From an uncultured delta proteobacterium (GTDB taxonomy: Bacteria; Desulfobacterota; Syntrophia; Syntrophales; UBA2185), in contig CAVOID010000005.1 of NCBI GenBank assembly GCA_963695875.1, positions 64,001-128,000 on the forward strand: a DNA stretch of 64,000 nt, in the 5' to 3' direction. The first letter of the stretch is position 1; every line of letters begins with the position of its first letter. Under the pieces are notes generated by a model. It had not been told where the DNA came from. It searched no databases and saw only the letters and a list, made by a program, of their open reading frames with translations. Shown here piece after piece: positions 32,175 to 43,413 of the stretch. The position numbers and the translations under genes were made by a program.

Positions 32175-33182
32175 ATGGCAGTCTTGAAGCCATTGGAACA
32201 CAGACAATACGCCCACTGCGAAAGCGGCGTGGTTACCGGGCTCCTGAGTTGCCACGGTCTCGATCTTTCCGAACCAATGGTGTTTGGCATCACCGGCGGC
32301 CTGACTTTCGCCTATATCCCTTTTATCAAGATGACCAACATGCCTATCGTATCGTACCGTATGATTCCCGGGTCGATCATCAAAGGGGCAGTGAAGAACC
32401 TCGATGTCAGATTCAATACCAAAAGATACAGGGATAAGGAGGAGGCCATTGTTGAGCTCATTGATCTCATCGACCAGGGTGAAATCGTCGGTCTGCAGAC
32501 ATCGGTTTACTGGCTGCCCTATTTCCCGCCGGAGATGCGTTTCCAGTTCAACGCACACAATCTCATCGTCTACGGACGAGAGGGAGATGAGTTTCTCGTA
32601 AGCGATCCCGTTTTTGAACATACCGTCCGGATCAAGGCAGAGGACCTCCAGAACGCCCGCTTCGCCAAAGGAACCCTGGCCCCGAAGGGTTTTATGTACT
32701 ATCCTGCTCTGGTCAATACCTCTATCGATTTGCGGGAGGCAATAAGGAAATCCATAAAGCGAACGGTGCACATGATGCTACATGCTCCCGTACCTTTTAT
32801 CGGCGTTAAGGGCATCCATTATATGGGAAGGAGGATTGAAAGGCTCAAGACCCACAAAGACCTAAGATACATCCGCCTCTTTCTCGGCCATATTGTGAGG
32901 ATGCAGGAAGAGATAGGTACGGGAGGTGGTGGTTTCCGGTTCATGTACGCGGCCTTCCTGCAGGAAGCAGGGCAAATTCTAAAATCTCAACGACTGGAGG
33001 AGGCATCGCAGATGATGACGGAGGCGGGCGATATGTGGCGGCAGTTTGCCTTAGCCTGCGCCAGGGCATGTAAGAGCAGGACCGCGAATTTTGATGTGGA
33101 AGATATCGCCCGACTGGTGAAAAAATGCGCCATTCAGGAGAAGCTTGTCTACTCTCTTCTCAAAATCTCTTCAACTCAATAA
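32175..33182 (+). CDS. BtrH N-terminal domain / papain-like peptidase (DUF4872) protein
   Basis: AHCESG (Cys), FNAHNLIVYG (His), VSDP (Asp), QEEIGTGGGGFRFMY. Confidence 0.85.
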   Translation: MAVLKPLEHRQYAHCESGVVTGLLSCHGLDLSEPMVFGITGGLTFAYIPFIKMTNMPIVSYRMIPGSIIKGAVKNLDVRFNTKRYRDKEEAIVELIDLIDQGEIVGLQTSVYWLPYFPPEMRFQFNAHNLIVYGREGDEFLVSDPVFEHTVRIKAEDLQNARFAKGTLAPKGFMYYPALVNTSIDLREAIRKSIKRTVHMMLHAPVPFIGVKGIHYMGRRIERLKTHKDLRYIRLFLGHIVRMQEEIGTGGGGFRFMYAAFLQEAGQILKSQRLEEASQMMTEAGDMWRQFALACARACKSRTANFDVEDIARLVKKCAIQEKLVYSLLKISSTQ

Positions 33183-33324
33183 CTGTTTAAAATCCCTCTG
33201 TAAAATTACTGAACACAAACTCACTTGGAAATCAGTTCCGGAGATATTTTTTCTCAAGTAAACGCTTGATTTGTCCGATACTTAAAGTAGCGGCCGCGAA
33301 AGTTATATAAGGAGTGCAACTCAC

Positions 33325-34266
33325 ATGGAACGCTTCAAACAATTTGCTTTTAAGAACTTCGAGGCAATCCTCATCTTTGCTATTCTCTTGTCGGCCTTCC
33401 TTGGAACATATTTTCTTGACGACCCGTCAATTGTCCTCAATTTTTACTATCTTCCTGTTCTCGTGGCGTCGTACTTTCTCGGACGCCGCATGGGACTCCT
33501 TACCGCGATCCTGTCAATTCTGCTTGTTCTCATCTGTGCCTTGCTCTTTCCCTCCAGATTCTTCAGCCATAACATGTTGTTACAGGATATCGGCAGGCTT
33601 TCCTCCTGGGGCGGTTTCCTTATACTGGCGAGTGTCACCGTTGGTAGCCTGTATGAGATGAATGAGCGCCAGCTCCACGACCTGAAAAATGCATACGTCG
33701 GGATCGTAGAGATACTGTCTAAATATCTCGAGTCGACGGACCGTTACACGAAGGGGCATTCCGTACGCGTCTCAGAGCTTGCCATGGAGGTTGCTATTGC
33801 CATGGACCTGCATCGTACTGACGTTGAGAACATCCGGGTGGCAGGGCTACTTCACGATATCGGGAAGATAGAAATAAGCGGACATATTCTGCGCAAGGCA
33901 GCCAATCTGACAACTGAAGAGAGGGAGCAGATCAACAAACATGCCGAGAAGGGAGCACGGATTCTTTCTTCAGTGGGATCGGTCCTCAAGGAAGTTGTCC
34001 CCATCGTCATGGCCCACCATGAGTACTTCTCGAACAATGGCGACGGACGAACCGGAGCATCGAAAGAGGGACAAATACCCTTAGGGGCGCGGATCCTGGC
34101 CGTCGCCGACTCCTTCGATGCCATGACAACCGACCGTCCTTACCGCAAGGGAATGCCACCCTGGCAGGCCCGCGAAGAAGTTATAGTTAATGCCGGCAAG
34201 CAGTTTGATCCTCAAGTCGTCGAAGCCTTCAAGCGTGTGATCGACAAGAAATTGGAAACAATATAA
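33325..34266 (+). CDS. membrane-bound HD-GYP domain phosphodiesterase
   Basis: N-terminal TM helices, YTKGHS.RV, LHDIGK, AHHE, VADSFDAMTTDRPYRK. Confidence 0.88.
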   Translation: MERFKQFAFKNFEAILIFAILLSAFLGTYFLDDPSIVLNFYYLPVLVASYFLGRRMGLLTAILSILLVLICALLFPSRFFSHNMLLQDIGRLSSWGGFLILASVTVGSLYEMNERQLHDLKNAYVGIVEILSKYLESTDRYTKGHSVRVSELAMEVAIAMDLHRTDVENIRVAGLLHDIGKIEISGHILRKAANLTTEEREQINKHAEKGARILSSVGSVLKEVVPIVMAHHEYFSNNGDGRTGASKEGQIPLGARILAVADSFDAMTTDRPYRKGMPPWQAREEVIVNAGKQFDPQVVEAFKRVIDKKLETI

Positions 34267-34294
34267 AATGGTAGTACGGCATTGTCGAAGCTCT

Positions 34295-35161
34295 TCAATA
34301 CCTTTCCACTTCGATCACTGCGTAATGTCCTCGCTGATCCTTGTTTATATGCAACATGGCCTTTCCTGGGAAAAGCTTGACGAACATGCCTATGCCGCAG
34401 GCCGTGGCCGAGCCGGAATACCCATACTCCCGGAGGTAATCAAATTCGGCAGCAGGCCGCAATGCACCCCTCAATTCGGCAGCTTCATCATCATTTATCA
34501 GTGCTCCGAAAGAGACCACGTCCATAGGCGATCTTTCCCTGATCCACATCATACATGAGGGGCCATCCCGGAATGACCTGATTTCTTTAATTTCCCCGCA
34601 GGCCCCATCCTTCTCGTCCCTGACGTAAAGCCAACCACTCCCGTCAACCATTTGCCAGCCGCGACCGGTCTGCTCTTCCATGAACATCTGAGAAAGTGAG
34701 GCCTCATCCACACCGCCTATCAGGGCGTTCTTTTCCGCCCCACAGGTGAAATCCATCTTCAGCAGTTCCAGCCCCCTTTCGAAGGAGAGGTGCTGGCTGG
34801 AAACTATTATATTCCGGCCCCGGATGCCCAGGTTCTGGGCAAGATAAAACGCCGCAGTATTGCTCATAGTATTGATGAAACCGAATGGCTTAGGCAGAGA
34901 GTGGATCACATATATTTCATCCAGGACCTGAGCGGTCTCACCGAGGTTTCCATGCTCCGTCGTCAGGTAGACGGCCGTATCAGGATCAAGGGAGCCCTGA
35001 TGGATACATTGACGGGCGCCAAGCAGGGTAAGAAGGATGAACCTGTTCACCCTGCGGAAATTTTCCGGGGTATAGCGGCTTAATTCCTTCTTTAAATAAT
35101 TAATGTCACTGTTCGCCTCGCCGGTGAAGGCAGAGGCGCTGTGAATGTACATCTCGCTCAT
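34295..35161 (-). CDS. ketosynthase chain-length-factor-like protein
   Basis: FRRVNRF, PKPFGFINTMSNTAAFYL, LIGGVDE; no catalytic Cys; ATG overlaps the KS stop. Confidence 0.8.
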   Translation of the reverse strand: MSEMYIHSASAFTGEANSDINYLKKELSRYTPENFRRVNRFILLTLLGARQCIHQGSLDPDTAVYLTTEHGNLGETAQVLDEIYVIHSLPKPFGFINTMSNTAAFYLAQNLGIRGRNIIVSSQHLSFERGLELLKMDFTCGAEKNALIGGVDEASLSQMFMEEQTGRGWQMVDGSGWLYVRDEKDGACGEIKEIRSFRDGPSCMMWIRERSPMDVVSFGALINDDEAAELRGALRPAAEFDYLREYGYSGSATACGIGMFVKLFPGKAMLHINKDQRGHYAVIEVERY

Positions 35162-36338
35162 CCCATGCCGCCCTTGTTGGAGAGGATTAGGGTCGTACAA
35201 TTGCCGCCGAACCCGAAATAGTTCAGCATGAAAATGCCTTCCCCGGCATCCATATTTTCCGTCAGGGGCGTCAGATTTAATTGTTCGTCCACTTCCCGGA
35301 AGCCCGGTGTGGAGGGAATAAATCCCGCCTTGATCGATTCCGTAAACAGTATCATGTTCATTGACACCGCAGGCGCCCACGGTGTGACCGATGAAAGGCT
35401 TGACGCAGGTTACGGGGGGCATCTGATCCCCGAAGATCACCCTCATGGCGGCGCATTCGGTTCTGTCATTGTTCTCTGTTCCCGTGGCATGGGCCTTGAC
35501 GGCGCATGATTTCACCCGGACCAATGCCCCGCCTGTCTCAGGGCCCTGTTCATCGTTTCCGCGACAGCGATCCCTTCTTCATCGTGGCTGGTCACGCTGT
35601 AGGTATCACAGAGATTCGCCCCGCCTAGATACATGAAATCACCGGACTTTTCTGCGCTTCCCCTCCAGCACCACCGCACCGCAGGCCTCACCGAGGATCA
35701 GGCCGTCCCGCTTTCTGTCAAAGGGCCTGTATTCCGAGGCGGCAATGGATTTCAGGCCTTCGAATCCGTAAAAACCGAGGTTGTTGAACAGGTCATAGCC
35801 CACCACCAGAGCCCTCTCGATGTGCCGTTCCTCTATCATGGACGCGGCGTAAAGCAAGGCGTTGGCGCTTGAGGTACAGGCCGTGGCAAAGGAATAGCAG
35901 CTGCCCTCGATTCCGAATTTCTCCATGATGGCGCCGGCAATTTTGCCGTAGCCATTGGACGACTGGAGGAACATCCCCGACACGGTCGATGAGGTCTTGC
36001 GGTGGTTGCCCTCAAACACGGGAACATCCATGGAGGTCGAGCCGAAAAACACATGCATGTCCCTGATCTCTGCACTGCTCAATCCGGCATCGGCAAGGGC
36101 ACGGGACACCGTGGAAAAGAGAATCTCATAGAAATACGCCTCGGAGCGGTTATCCAGTTTATCTCTCTTCTTCTCGCTGTATGAGGTAGTACGGTTTGGT
36201 ATAGGGCAGGCCGGCCAGGGTAAAGGGAAGATGTGCCAGCTTTATCCTCTTATGGCGAACAGCGTCTACGATCTCCTCCAGGGAATCCCCGAGGGAGCAG
36301 ATCATCGCCTTTCCTGTTATAAATGCCCTTCTTTTCAC
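35158..36338 (-). CDS. beta-ketoacyl-ACP synthase (FabF/ApeO-like), multiply frameshifted
   Basis: ATACTSSANA (Cys), RPFDRKRDGLILGE, KAHATGT, KPFIGHTVGACG, NYFGFGGNC. Confidence 0.85.
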
Positions 36339-36341
36339 GCT

Positions 36342-36609
36342 CTACTCCGGCTGAATGAAGTCGGCAAAGGTGTTTATGGATCTCATGACCCGTCTCGTTT
36401 CCTTGCTGTCGGTAATGATGATATTGTATTTATTCTGTATCGCGATAGAGATCTGCAGGGCATCTATCGAGTCCAGTCCGAGCCTGGATTCCCTGCCGAA
36501 CAGAGGATCATCGTCACCAATCTCCCCGGGATCGAGTTGTGATATCACACTCCTCGACGATCAGTTTCTTCAATTCCATTTTCAGTTTTTCATCAAGAGA
36601 ACCCTTCAT
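36342..36609 (-). CDS. acyl carrier protein (one frameshift near 36537)
   Basis: LKMELKKLIVEEC...DDDPLFG...LGLDSIDAL phosphopantetheine motif. Confidence 0.85.
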
Positions 36610-36615
36610 CGCTTT

Positions 36616-37843
36616 TCAGACCTCCCTCTGCCTCCGCAACAGGATCATCGTCAGGGTCAGCATGACCACTCCCGAAAATAAACAGGGACAGGCTTTCCGG
36701 AAGGACATCGGAGACGCTGCCGTTCCGCAGGAAGATATCGAGGAATCCTTCCAGTCCCCAGGACATGGGAGATATGATTGGCAATGTCCTGCATAAACCC
36801 GGGCATGACAAACTTGGGCACCATGATCCCGCCCAGGGCGCCAAAGATGATATTCAGGACCCCCCCGATGGTGGTTGCCTGCTCCGTCGTCCTGGCTACG
36901 GAGGCAATGAGAAGCGCCACGGAGATGGCGCTGAAGCTCACGGAAGCGGCAATCAGGACAAGGCCGCCCAGGGAATCCCCCAGGGTGAGGGCGGTGCCGC
37001 CGCAAAGAGGGACGACATAAACGCCTATGGCAATCATGATTACCACCTGGATCGCATTGATAAGAAGATAAGGCACCATCTTGCCCATGATCAGATAGAA
37101 CCTCGATACATTCATGCTTTTGAGGCGCATGAGGGTGCCCTGCCCCCTTTCGGAGATAAAGGTGTTGGATATGGGTATGACAATAAAAAACATGGAAAAT
37201 ACGAGCCAGGCGGGGACGCTCTGCTGGACGGCGGACGGAATCTTGACGTAACTGCCCTCCCTTGTGAACGTAATTGACCTCGACAGGGCTCTCTTCGGCC
37301 GCCTTCAGTTTCTTCTTGTCGATTCCTGCGAAGGCCAGGAAGCTTGTCGATACTGTCGATGAATGCATCCCATCTCAACTTCGCCAGCTTTCCTTCCAGC
37401 GCACTTCTTAAAACCAGCTGGGTCTGGATATTGACCGAGGGATTGACGAGAAGCTCCAGGGGCTTCTCATCCTTGCCCTTCCCTTTTTTCTCCACGAAGG
37501 CGGAGAAGTTTTCCCTGATGATCAGGGCGAACTTGTAGTCCCGGGAAATCATCTGCTCCTTCACCCTTTCCGTGGTAGCGTCTTTCTCAAGAAGGTGAAA
37601 CTTGAAAGTGCTGAGATCCTCCATCGCCTTCAAGAACGCCCCCGACTTCCTTCCCGCATCCTGGTTCACGGCAAGAACATCGATACTGACCGTACCGTGA
37701 AGCTCAAAGAGGTCCCGCATCGCCAGGGACATGATCATGATGAAAACGGCGGGCATGACAAAGAGGACCGCTACGGCATGGATGTCCCGGATGATCAGCA
37801 GGAATTCCTTTTTCAGGATGTAAAGTATCTTAATCATTCTCAA
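36616..37843 (-). CDS. ABC-2 type transporter permease, frameshifted
   Basis: KKEFLLIIRD...LFVMP, ERGQGTLMRL, GGIMVPKFVMP, SPMSWGLEGF. Confidence 0.85.
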
Positions 37844-37851
37844 CGATGCCG

Positions 37852-38780
37852 TCAGTCTTCGTCGCGCAGCCTGATGTTTGTCAGCTTGAGGAAAAGCTCC
37901 TCAAGGGTTCTGTGGCCGAATACAGACGTCCTTCACCTGGACTCCGTGGTGCATGGAAGACGGCAAATACCGCGGCCATATTTTCATTGAAGCGTCCGTC
38001 CCGTTTGATATGGACGCCGTCCTTTTCAACCTGTATTCCGTCAATCTGCTGCAATTCTTTGACGGCGGTCTCTCCCATCTGCTCCACACTGATCAAAACC
38101 GCATCGGCACGCGTCAAAATGGCCTGTTTACCGTCATGGAGGATGATTTTGCCCTCATCGATCACGGCGATATCATCGGACACCTGCTCGATCTCATCCA
38201 TGTAATGGGAGGTATAGATGATCGTCGTTTTCCGCTCCCGGTTGATCTTCTTGTATCGTCTCCAGGATGTAGTTCCTCGATTGTGTATCGACGCCTACGG
38301 TCGGCTCATCGAGATACATTATTTCGGGTTCGTTTAACAGACCTATGGCCAGGTTCAGGCGCCTTTTCATGCCGCCGGAAAACTTGTCCACCCGCTTGTT
38401 CGACAAAGGCCTGCATGCTTCCCGTATCGATGCAGAACTCCATGCGCTCCTTCAGTTTCTTCCCCTTCAGTCCCCACAGGGCACCGAAGTACTCCAGGTT
38501 TTCGCAGGCCGACAGTCGCGGATAGAAAGCCAGGGTCTGCGGCACATAACTGCATATGGACTGGATACGAGCCGAGTTCATGGTCGAGATCCAGACCGCC
38601 GATGGTGATATTCCCGCTGTCCTTCCCGATGACGCCGGTAAGGATGGAAATCAGGGTTGTCTTTCCCGCGCCGTTGGGACCCAGCAGCCCCATGATGGAA
38701 CCGCGCCGCACTGAAAGGTTCACGTCTTCGAGGACAGGTTTTTTATCGTAGGACTTGCAAAGATGCTTGATTTCGATCAA
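37852..38780 (-). CDS. ABC transporter ATP-binding protein, frameshifted
   Basis: GPNGAGKTT, FSGGMKRRLN, LDEPTVGVD. Confidence 0.88.
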
Positions 38781-38797
38781 CGGCTCACCATATTTTA

Positions 38798-38825
38798 AGG
38801 GGTTAGGCGATTTTCCTAACCCCTT
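38798..38825 (-). terminator. hairpin immediately downstream of tRNA-Thr
   Basis: AAGGGGTTAGG...CCTAACCCCTT inverted repeat. Confidence 0.65.
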
Positions 38826-38834
38826 GACTTCCCA

Positions 38835-38910
<76 letters not shown>

Positions 38911-39116
38911 CTTGTGACATACAATATGATAGGTGTCCGGCGATATTCCCCGGAACAATTGAATGTGAGATTTATATTATCGTAGTTTCCATGTCAAGAC
39001 TTTAAGATGTTTGATAATAGCAACACCGGCTATTTCTTTATCAATACCCTTCTTTGCCTTGACTTTCAAATCGTGTTTGGTATTATTCGGGAACTCTAAG
39101 GGGTGAAGGCCGCGTC

Positions 39117-41366
39117 ATGAATGAACGACTAAAGAAGATCTTCTCAATATCACCTCTGAAAATAGCGATCTTCGTCATTTTTATCGCCCTCATCATGTTT
39201 TTCGTTGATGTTCGTTTCCTCCGATTTATGGAATTGAAGGCCCTCGATTTAAGAATGTTCTCCAGGGGAAAACTGCCGTCAGGAGGAGAAACGGTTATCG
39301 CGGTAATCGATGAAAAGAGTTTGAGCGAATTAGGCCGATGGCCGTGGCCGAGAACAACCCTCGCCGAGTTGGTTGATAGACTGAAAGGGTACGGAGCGAA
39401 GGTGGTGGGGTTCGATATTGTTTTTTCGGAGCCTGATCAAAATTCGAGCCTTAAGACCATTATTGATCTCTCAAATGAAGTAAAAGAAATCGGGATTCAG
39501 GATAAAAGAATACAGGGATTGCTAAACAGGAAAAAAATGACAGCCGATACGGATGCCGCTCTGGCTGAATCGATTAACCGGGCAAAGAACGTCACACTCG
39601 GTTATTTTTTTTATAGATCCAAGAAGGAAGCCCCTCATCTCAGCGAAGCAGAAATTAAAGCGGGAGAGGAAAATATCGCCAACTCCAGATATCAGATGAT
39701 CCGGGGCGAAACTGCACCTGAAGATTCCGCATTAATTCATGCTTATTCAGCCGTGACAAATCTCAAACCCATAAGTGACACCGCTGAAAACAGCGGTTAT
39801 TTTAATGCCTTCCCCGACAGTGACGGGACCCTCAGATGGTCACCGCTGGTAATCAAATTTCAGGACGACTACTATTTGCCGCTGTCTCTATCCCTGCTGC
39901 TCCAGTATCTGGACTGGCCTATGCTTACCCTGAAGACGGCCGGATACGGCATCGAAGGAGTTAAAATAGGCAATATTGATATTCCGACCGACAAATCCGG
40001 GAGGATGCTGATTAATTATCTAGGACCGGCGCAGACATTCCCCCATTATTCAATATCCGACATTATCGCAGGCCGCCTTTCTCCTGACAGCTTCAAAAAT
40101 AAAATCGTTATAGTAGGCGCTACGGCCATAGGAATCTATGATCTGCGGGTGACTCCTTTCAGCGCTGTGTATCCGGGCGTGGAAATTCATGCCAGTGTAA
40201 TTGACAACATTCTGCACCGGAATTTCCTGCGTCAATCCACCTTTACATCACTACTCGATGTTTGTTCGATTATAATCTTCGGTCTTATAGTTGGAATCGT
40301 CATTCCAAGGATTAACGCCGTCCAGGGGGTAGTATTAAGCCTCTTAATGGTCGCGGCCTTCGTTGTAATAAACACAATTACACTCTCTCACTTCAATATC
40401 TGGCTGAATGTCATTTATCCGGTCCTCACCATGATAACGATCTATCTGGGCATATCGGTATACCGGTATATCACCGAAGAGAGGGAAAAGAAAAAAATCC
40501 GCAACGCCTTCCAGTATTATCTTACCGGTTCGGTCATCAACGAAATGTTAAAAGACCCGTCTAAACTCAAGCTCGGAGGCGACAAAAAGGACCTGACCGT
40601 ACTCTTTTCTGATATCAGGGGCTTTACGACGGTATCGGAAAAAATGTCACCGGAAGAACTTGTCCATTTACTGAATGAGTATTTGACGGCCATGACAAAT
40701 ATGGTATTTAAATACGACGGACTCCTGGATAAATACATGGGAGACGCCGTTATGGCCGTCTTCGGCGCCCCCCTCATTCAGCCGGATCATGCCCTCAGGG
40801 CATGCAGAACCGCTCTCGGCATGATGGAGGAATTGAAAAAGCTGCAGAAAAAATGGGCGGAGGAAGGTAAACCTGTACTCGATATCGGTATAGGTATCAA
40901 CAGCGGTGACATGGTAGTCGGCAATATGGGGTCGGATATGAGGTTCGACTATACAGTCATGGGCGACATGGTGAATTTGGGTTCCAGACTGGAAGGGATT
41001 AATAAGGAATATGGAACCAATATAATCATCAGCGAATATACGTATAACGACGTCAAGGATGAGCTGTTCTGCCGGGAACTGGACTCCGTCATAGTCAAAG
41101 GCAAGAAACTTCCCGTGAAGATCTATGAACTCCTCGGCGAAAGGAAGGATGCCGAAAAGTGGGAAAAATCTGTCGGTCTTTTCAAGGAAGGTCTGTTAAA
41201 ATACAGGCAGGGCCTCTGGGATGAGGCGATTGTATCTTTCCGAAAGGTCCTTGAAGTAAAACCGGACGATGCACCTTCAAGCCTGTACATTAACAGGTGT
41301 GAGGAACTAAAAAAGAAACCGCCTGAAGGTCCATGGGACGGTGTATTCACGATGACGAGAAAATGA
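39117..41366 (+). CDS. CHASE2-domain class III adenylate cyclase
   Basis: IDEKSL..LGRWPWPR, FDIVFSE, PGVEIHA, three TM segments, FSDIRGFT, DKYMGDAVMA, DYTVMGDMVNLGSRLEG. Confidence 0.92.
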   Translation: MNERLKKIFSISPLKIAIFVIFIALIMFFVDVRFLRFMELKALDLRMFSRGKLPSGGETVIAVIDEKSLSELGRWPWPRTTLAELVDRLKGYGAKVVGFDIVFSEPDQNSSLKTIIDLSNEVKEIGIQDKRIQGLLNRKKMTADTDAALAESINRAKNVTLGYFFYRSKKEAPHLSEAEIKAGEENIANSRYQMIRGETAPEDSALIHAYSAVTNLKPISDTAENSGYFNAFPDSDGTLRWSPLVIKFQDDYYLPLSLSLLLQYLDWPMLTLKTAGYGIEGVKIGNIDIPTDKSGRMLINYLGPAQTFPHYSISDIIAGRLSPDSFKNKIVIVGATAIGIYDLRVTPFSAVYPGVEIHASVIDNILHRNFLRQSTFTSLLDVCSIIIFGLIVGIVIPRINAVQGVVLSLLMVAAFVVINTITLSHFNIWLNVIYPVLTMITIYLGISVYRYITEEREKKKIRNAFQYYLTGSVINEMLKDPSKLKLGGDKKDLTVLFSDIRGFTTVSEKMSPEELVHLLNEYLTAMTNMVFKYDGLLDKYMGDAVMAVFGAPLIQPDHALRACRTALGMMEELKKLQKKWAEEGKPVLDIGIGINSGDMVVGNMGSDMRFDYTVMGDMVNLGSRLEGINKEYGTNIIISEYTYNDVKDELFCRELDSVIVKGKKLPVKIYELLGERKDAEKWEKSVGLFKEGLLKYRQGLWDEAIVSFRKVLEVKPDDAPSSLYINRCEELKKKPPEGPWDGVFTMTRK

Positions 41367-41450
41367 TTTAGATTAGAAACGTCGATATATATTCTCTCAG
41401 CTCCCCCTTTTTTTAAAGGGGGATACTCAGAGGCCATTTTCGGATTCAAC

Positions 41451-43409
41451 ATGCAGATGAAAGAAAAACAGAAATACAGAAGCTGGGTAGAGGTCGACCT
41501 CGACAATTTCACGAAAAACTGGAATGAGATGAAGAGACTGGTCGGCCCTGATGTCCGGATTATGCAGGTTGTCAAGGCGGATGCCTATGGCCATGGTGCG
41601 ATTGAGATTTCCAACGTAGCCCTAAAAAATGGCGCCGCTCTTTTAGGTGTAGCCAATTCAGACGAAGCAGTGCAGCTTCGCATCAGCGGGATCACAGCAC
41701 CGATCCTTATCCTGAGCCCCTCGACAGGTTCCGAAATCGATGAGATCATTAAATACAATTTAATACCATCCGTTTCGGATCTCAACTTCGCCCGGGAACT
41801 TCAGAAAAAAAGCAAAAAGGCAGATGTAAAGACACCTATCCACATCGAGGTGGATACAGGCATGGGCAGAGGCGGAACGATATATCATGAGGCTTTCAAT
41901 ATGATAAAAGAAATCCTCGGATACCCTAATATCATCATCGAAGGCATATTCACCCACCTCGCGTCCAGTGAAACCATGGACGATTATAACCATATGCAGT
42001 GGCGGCTTTTTAAGGAGCTTCTTGAAAAACTGGAAGAACACCACATCCGCATCTCCATCATACACATGGCAAACAGCGGGGCCATCCTCAATTATCCGAT
42101 GTTTCATCTGGACATGGTACGCCCCGGCCTGATGTCTTACGGCGTCTATCCCGGGCCTGAGACAAAAGCGAAGGGGCATCTTGCACCGGTCATGTGTTTC
42201 AAAACAAGGGTACTCCTCATCAAGGAATTCCCACAAGGGTACAGCATCGGCTACGGCCGGTCTTATATAACGGATAAGCCCACAAAGATAGCTACGATAC
42301 CGGTGGGATATGGAGACGGCTACGGACGCATTCTTTCCAATCAGGGCGCGGCCCTGATCAGTAGGAAACGGGCCCCCATCGTCGGGCATATATCCATGGA
42401 CATGTGCACCATTGACGTGAGCCACATAGACGACTGCCGGATCGGTGATGAGGTCGTCCTGATGGGAAGCCAGGGTAACGAATGCATTTCGGCGGATGAA
42501 ATCGCCGGTAAGTTAAAAACCATCAGCTATGAAATTCTCTGTGCCTTGGGAAAACGGGCACCGCGGGTGTTTTTGCACAAGGGTAAAACCGATGCGGTAG
42601 AGCCCCGATTGAGGCGGGTCTTCATTCCTGATGAAGAAAAGTCGATTGCACGAATAGATAACATCATCCGCCACTGCTTCCAGACGAGGGCGCGCAATGA
42701 GGAACTGGGTAACGCCATATATTACGAGATGTTTGAAACGCTCTTCGGCAAAGAAGACCGGCAGTTGGAGCTCAGGACCAATTTCAAATATGATATCAAG
42801 GTGACGGAGTTTTCGAAGAAAGAGATCCGCGCAGACCCCTCGGCAGAGGATTATTTCAAGGTTGCCATCCATGTCGAATATGTCAAGACCTTAAAAAATT
42901 TCATCTTCATGATCGGCTGCGCCCTGAACGACGAGCAGTTGGCCGCTTTCTTTGACGATAAGAACTGCGAATACCGGTGGCTCTTGAATCGGGGGGATGA
43001 TCCGGTTACCGAGAGGGATTTCAAAGTAGACAGGGTACGCATTGACAATAAAGATATTCCCATCATCAGAACAGAAAATACAAAAAGGGGTTATGAGGTC
43101 TGGTGCGGCGATGATAAACTCAAAAAGAAGTTGAACAAGCAGGCCAAAATAGAAATTGAGATCGTTACGAAGAAAGCCAAAAGCAGCAACAACTTCTCCG
43201 TTTATCTCGTATACCCCACCAGGGGCCTGGACATATCATTCAATTATGAAGGGGTAAATTTCAAGTTTGTGAAGGAAGTCAGTTTCTTCGCCGGTAAACA
43301 ACCGTATCCGGAGATCATCAGGAAACAGGGAAAATCAATCAGGATTAGAGTCAGCGACAACGACTGGATTTTCCCCAACAGCGGTGTTACTTTCTTCTGG
43401 GGTTTTTGA
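41451..43409 (+). CDS. alr: alanine racemase with a ~280-aa C-terminal extension
   Basis: VVKADAYGHG, VDTGMGR, HMANS, IGYG, PVGYGDG, SMDM, TISYE. Confidence 0.9.
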   Translation: MQMKEKQKYRSWVEVDLDNFTKNWNEMKRLVGPDVRIMQVVKADAYGHGAIEISNVALKNGAALLGVANSDEAVQLRISGITAPILILSPSTGSEIDEIIKYNLIPSVSDLNFARELQKKSKKADVKTPIHIEVDTGMGRGGTIYHEAFNMIKEILGYPNIIIEGIFTHLASSETMDDYNHMQWRLFKELLEKLEEHHIRISIIHMANSGAILNYPMFHLDMVRPGLMSYGVYPGPETKAKGHLAPVMCFKTRVLLIKEFPQGYSIGYGRSYITDKPTKIATIPVGYGDGYGRILSNQGAALISRKRAPIVGHISMDMCTIDVSHIDDCRIGDEVVLMGSQGNECISADEIAGKLKTISYEILCALGKRAPRVFLHKGKTDAVEPRLRRVFIPDEEKSIARIDNIIRHCFQTRARNEELGNAIYYEMFETLFGKEDRQLELRTNFKYDIKVTEFSKKEIRADPSAEDYFKVAIHVEYVKTLKNFIFMIGCALNDEQLAAFFDDKNCEYRWLLNRGDDPVTERDFKVDRVRIDNKDIPIIRTENTKRGYEVWCGDDKLKKKLNKQAKIEIEIVTKKAKSSNNFSVYLVYPTRGLDISFNYEGVNFKFVKEVSFFAGKQPYPEIIRKQGKSIRIRVSDNDWIFPNSGVTFFWGF

Positions 43410-43413
43410 TTCA

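Noticed and set aside
34295..35524. 409-aa ORF joining the KS C-terminus to the CLF-like gene
   Set aside because: The KS ends properly in another frame (NYFGFGGNC...stop 35158) overlapping the CLF ATG, so the fusion results from an indel.
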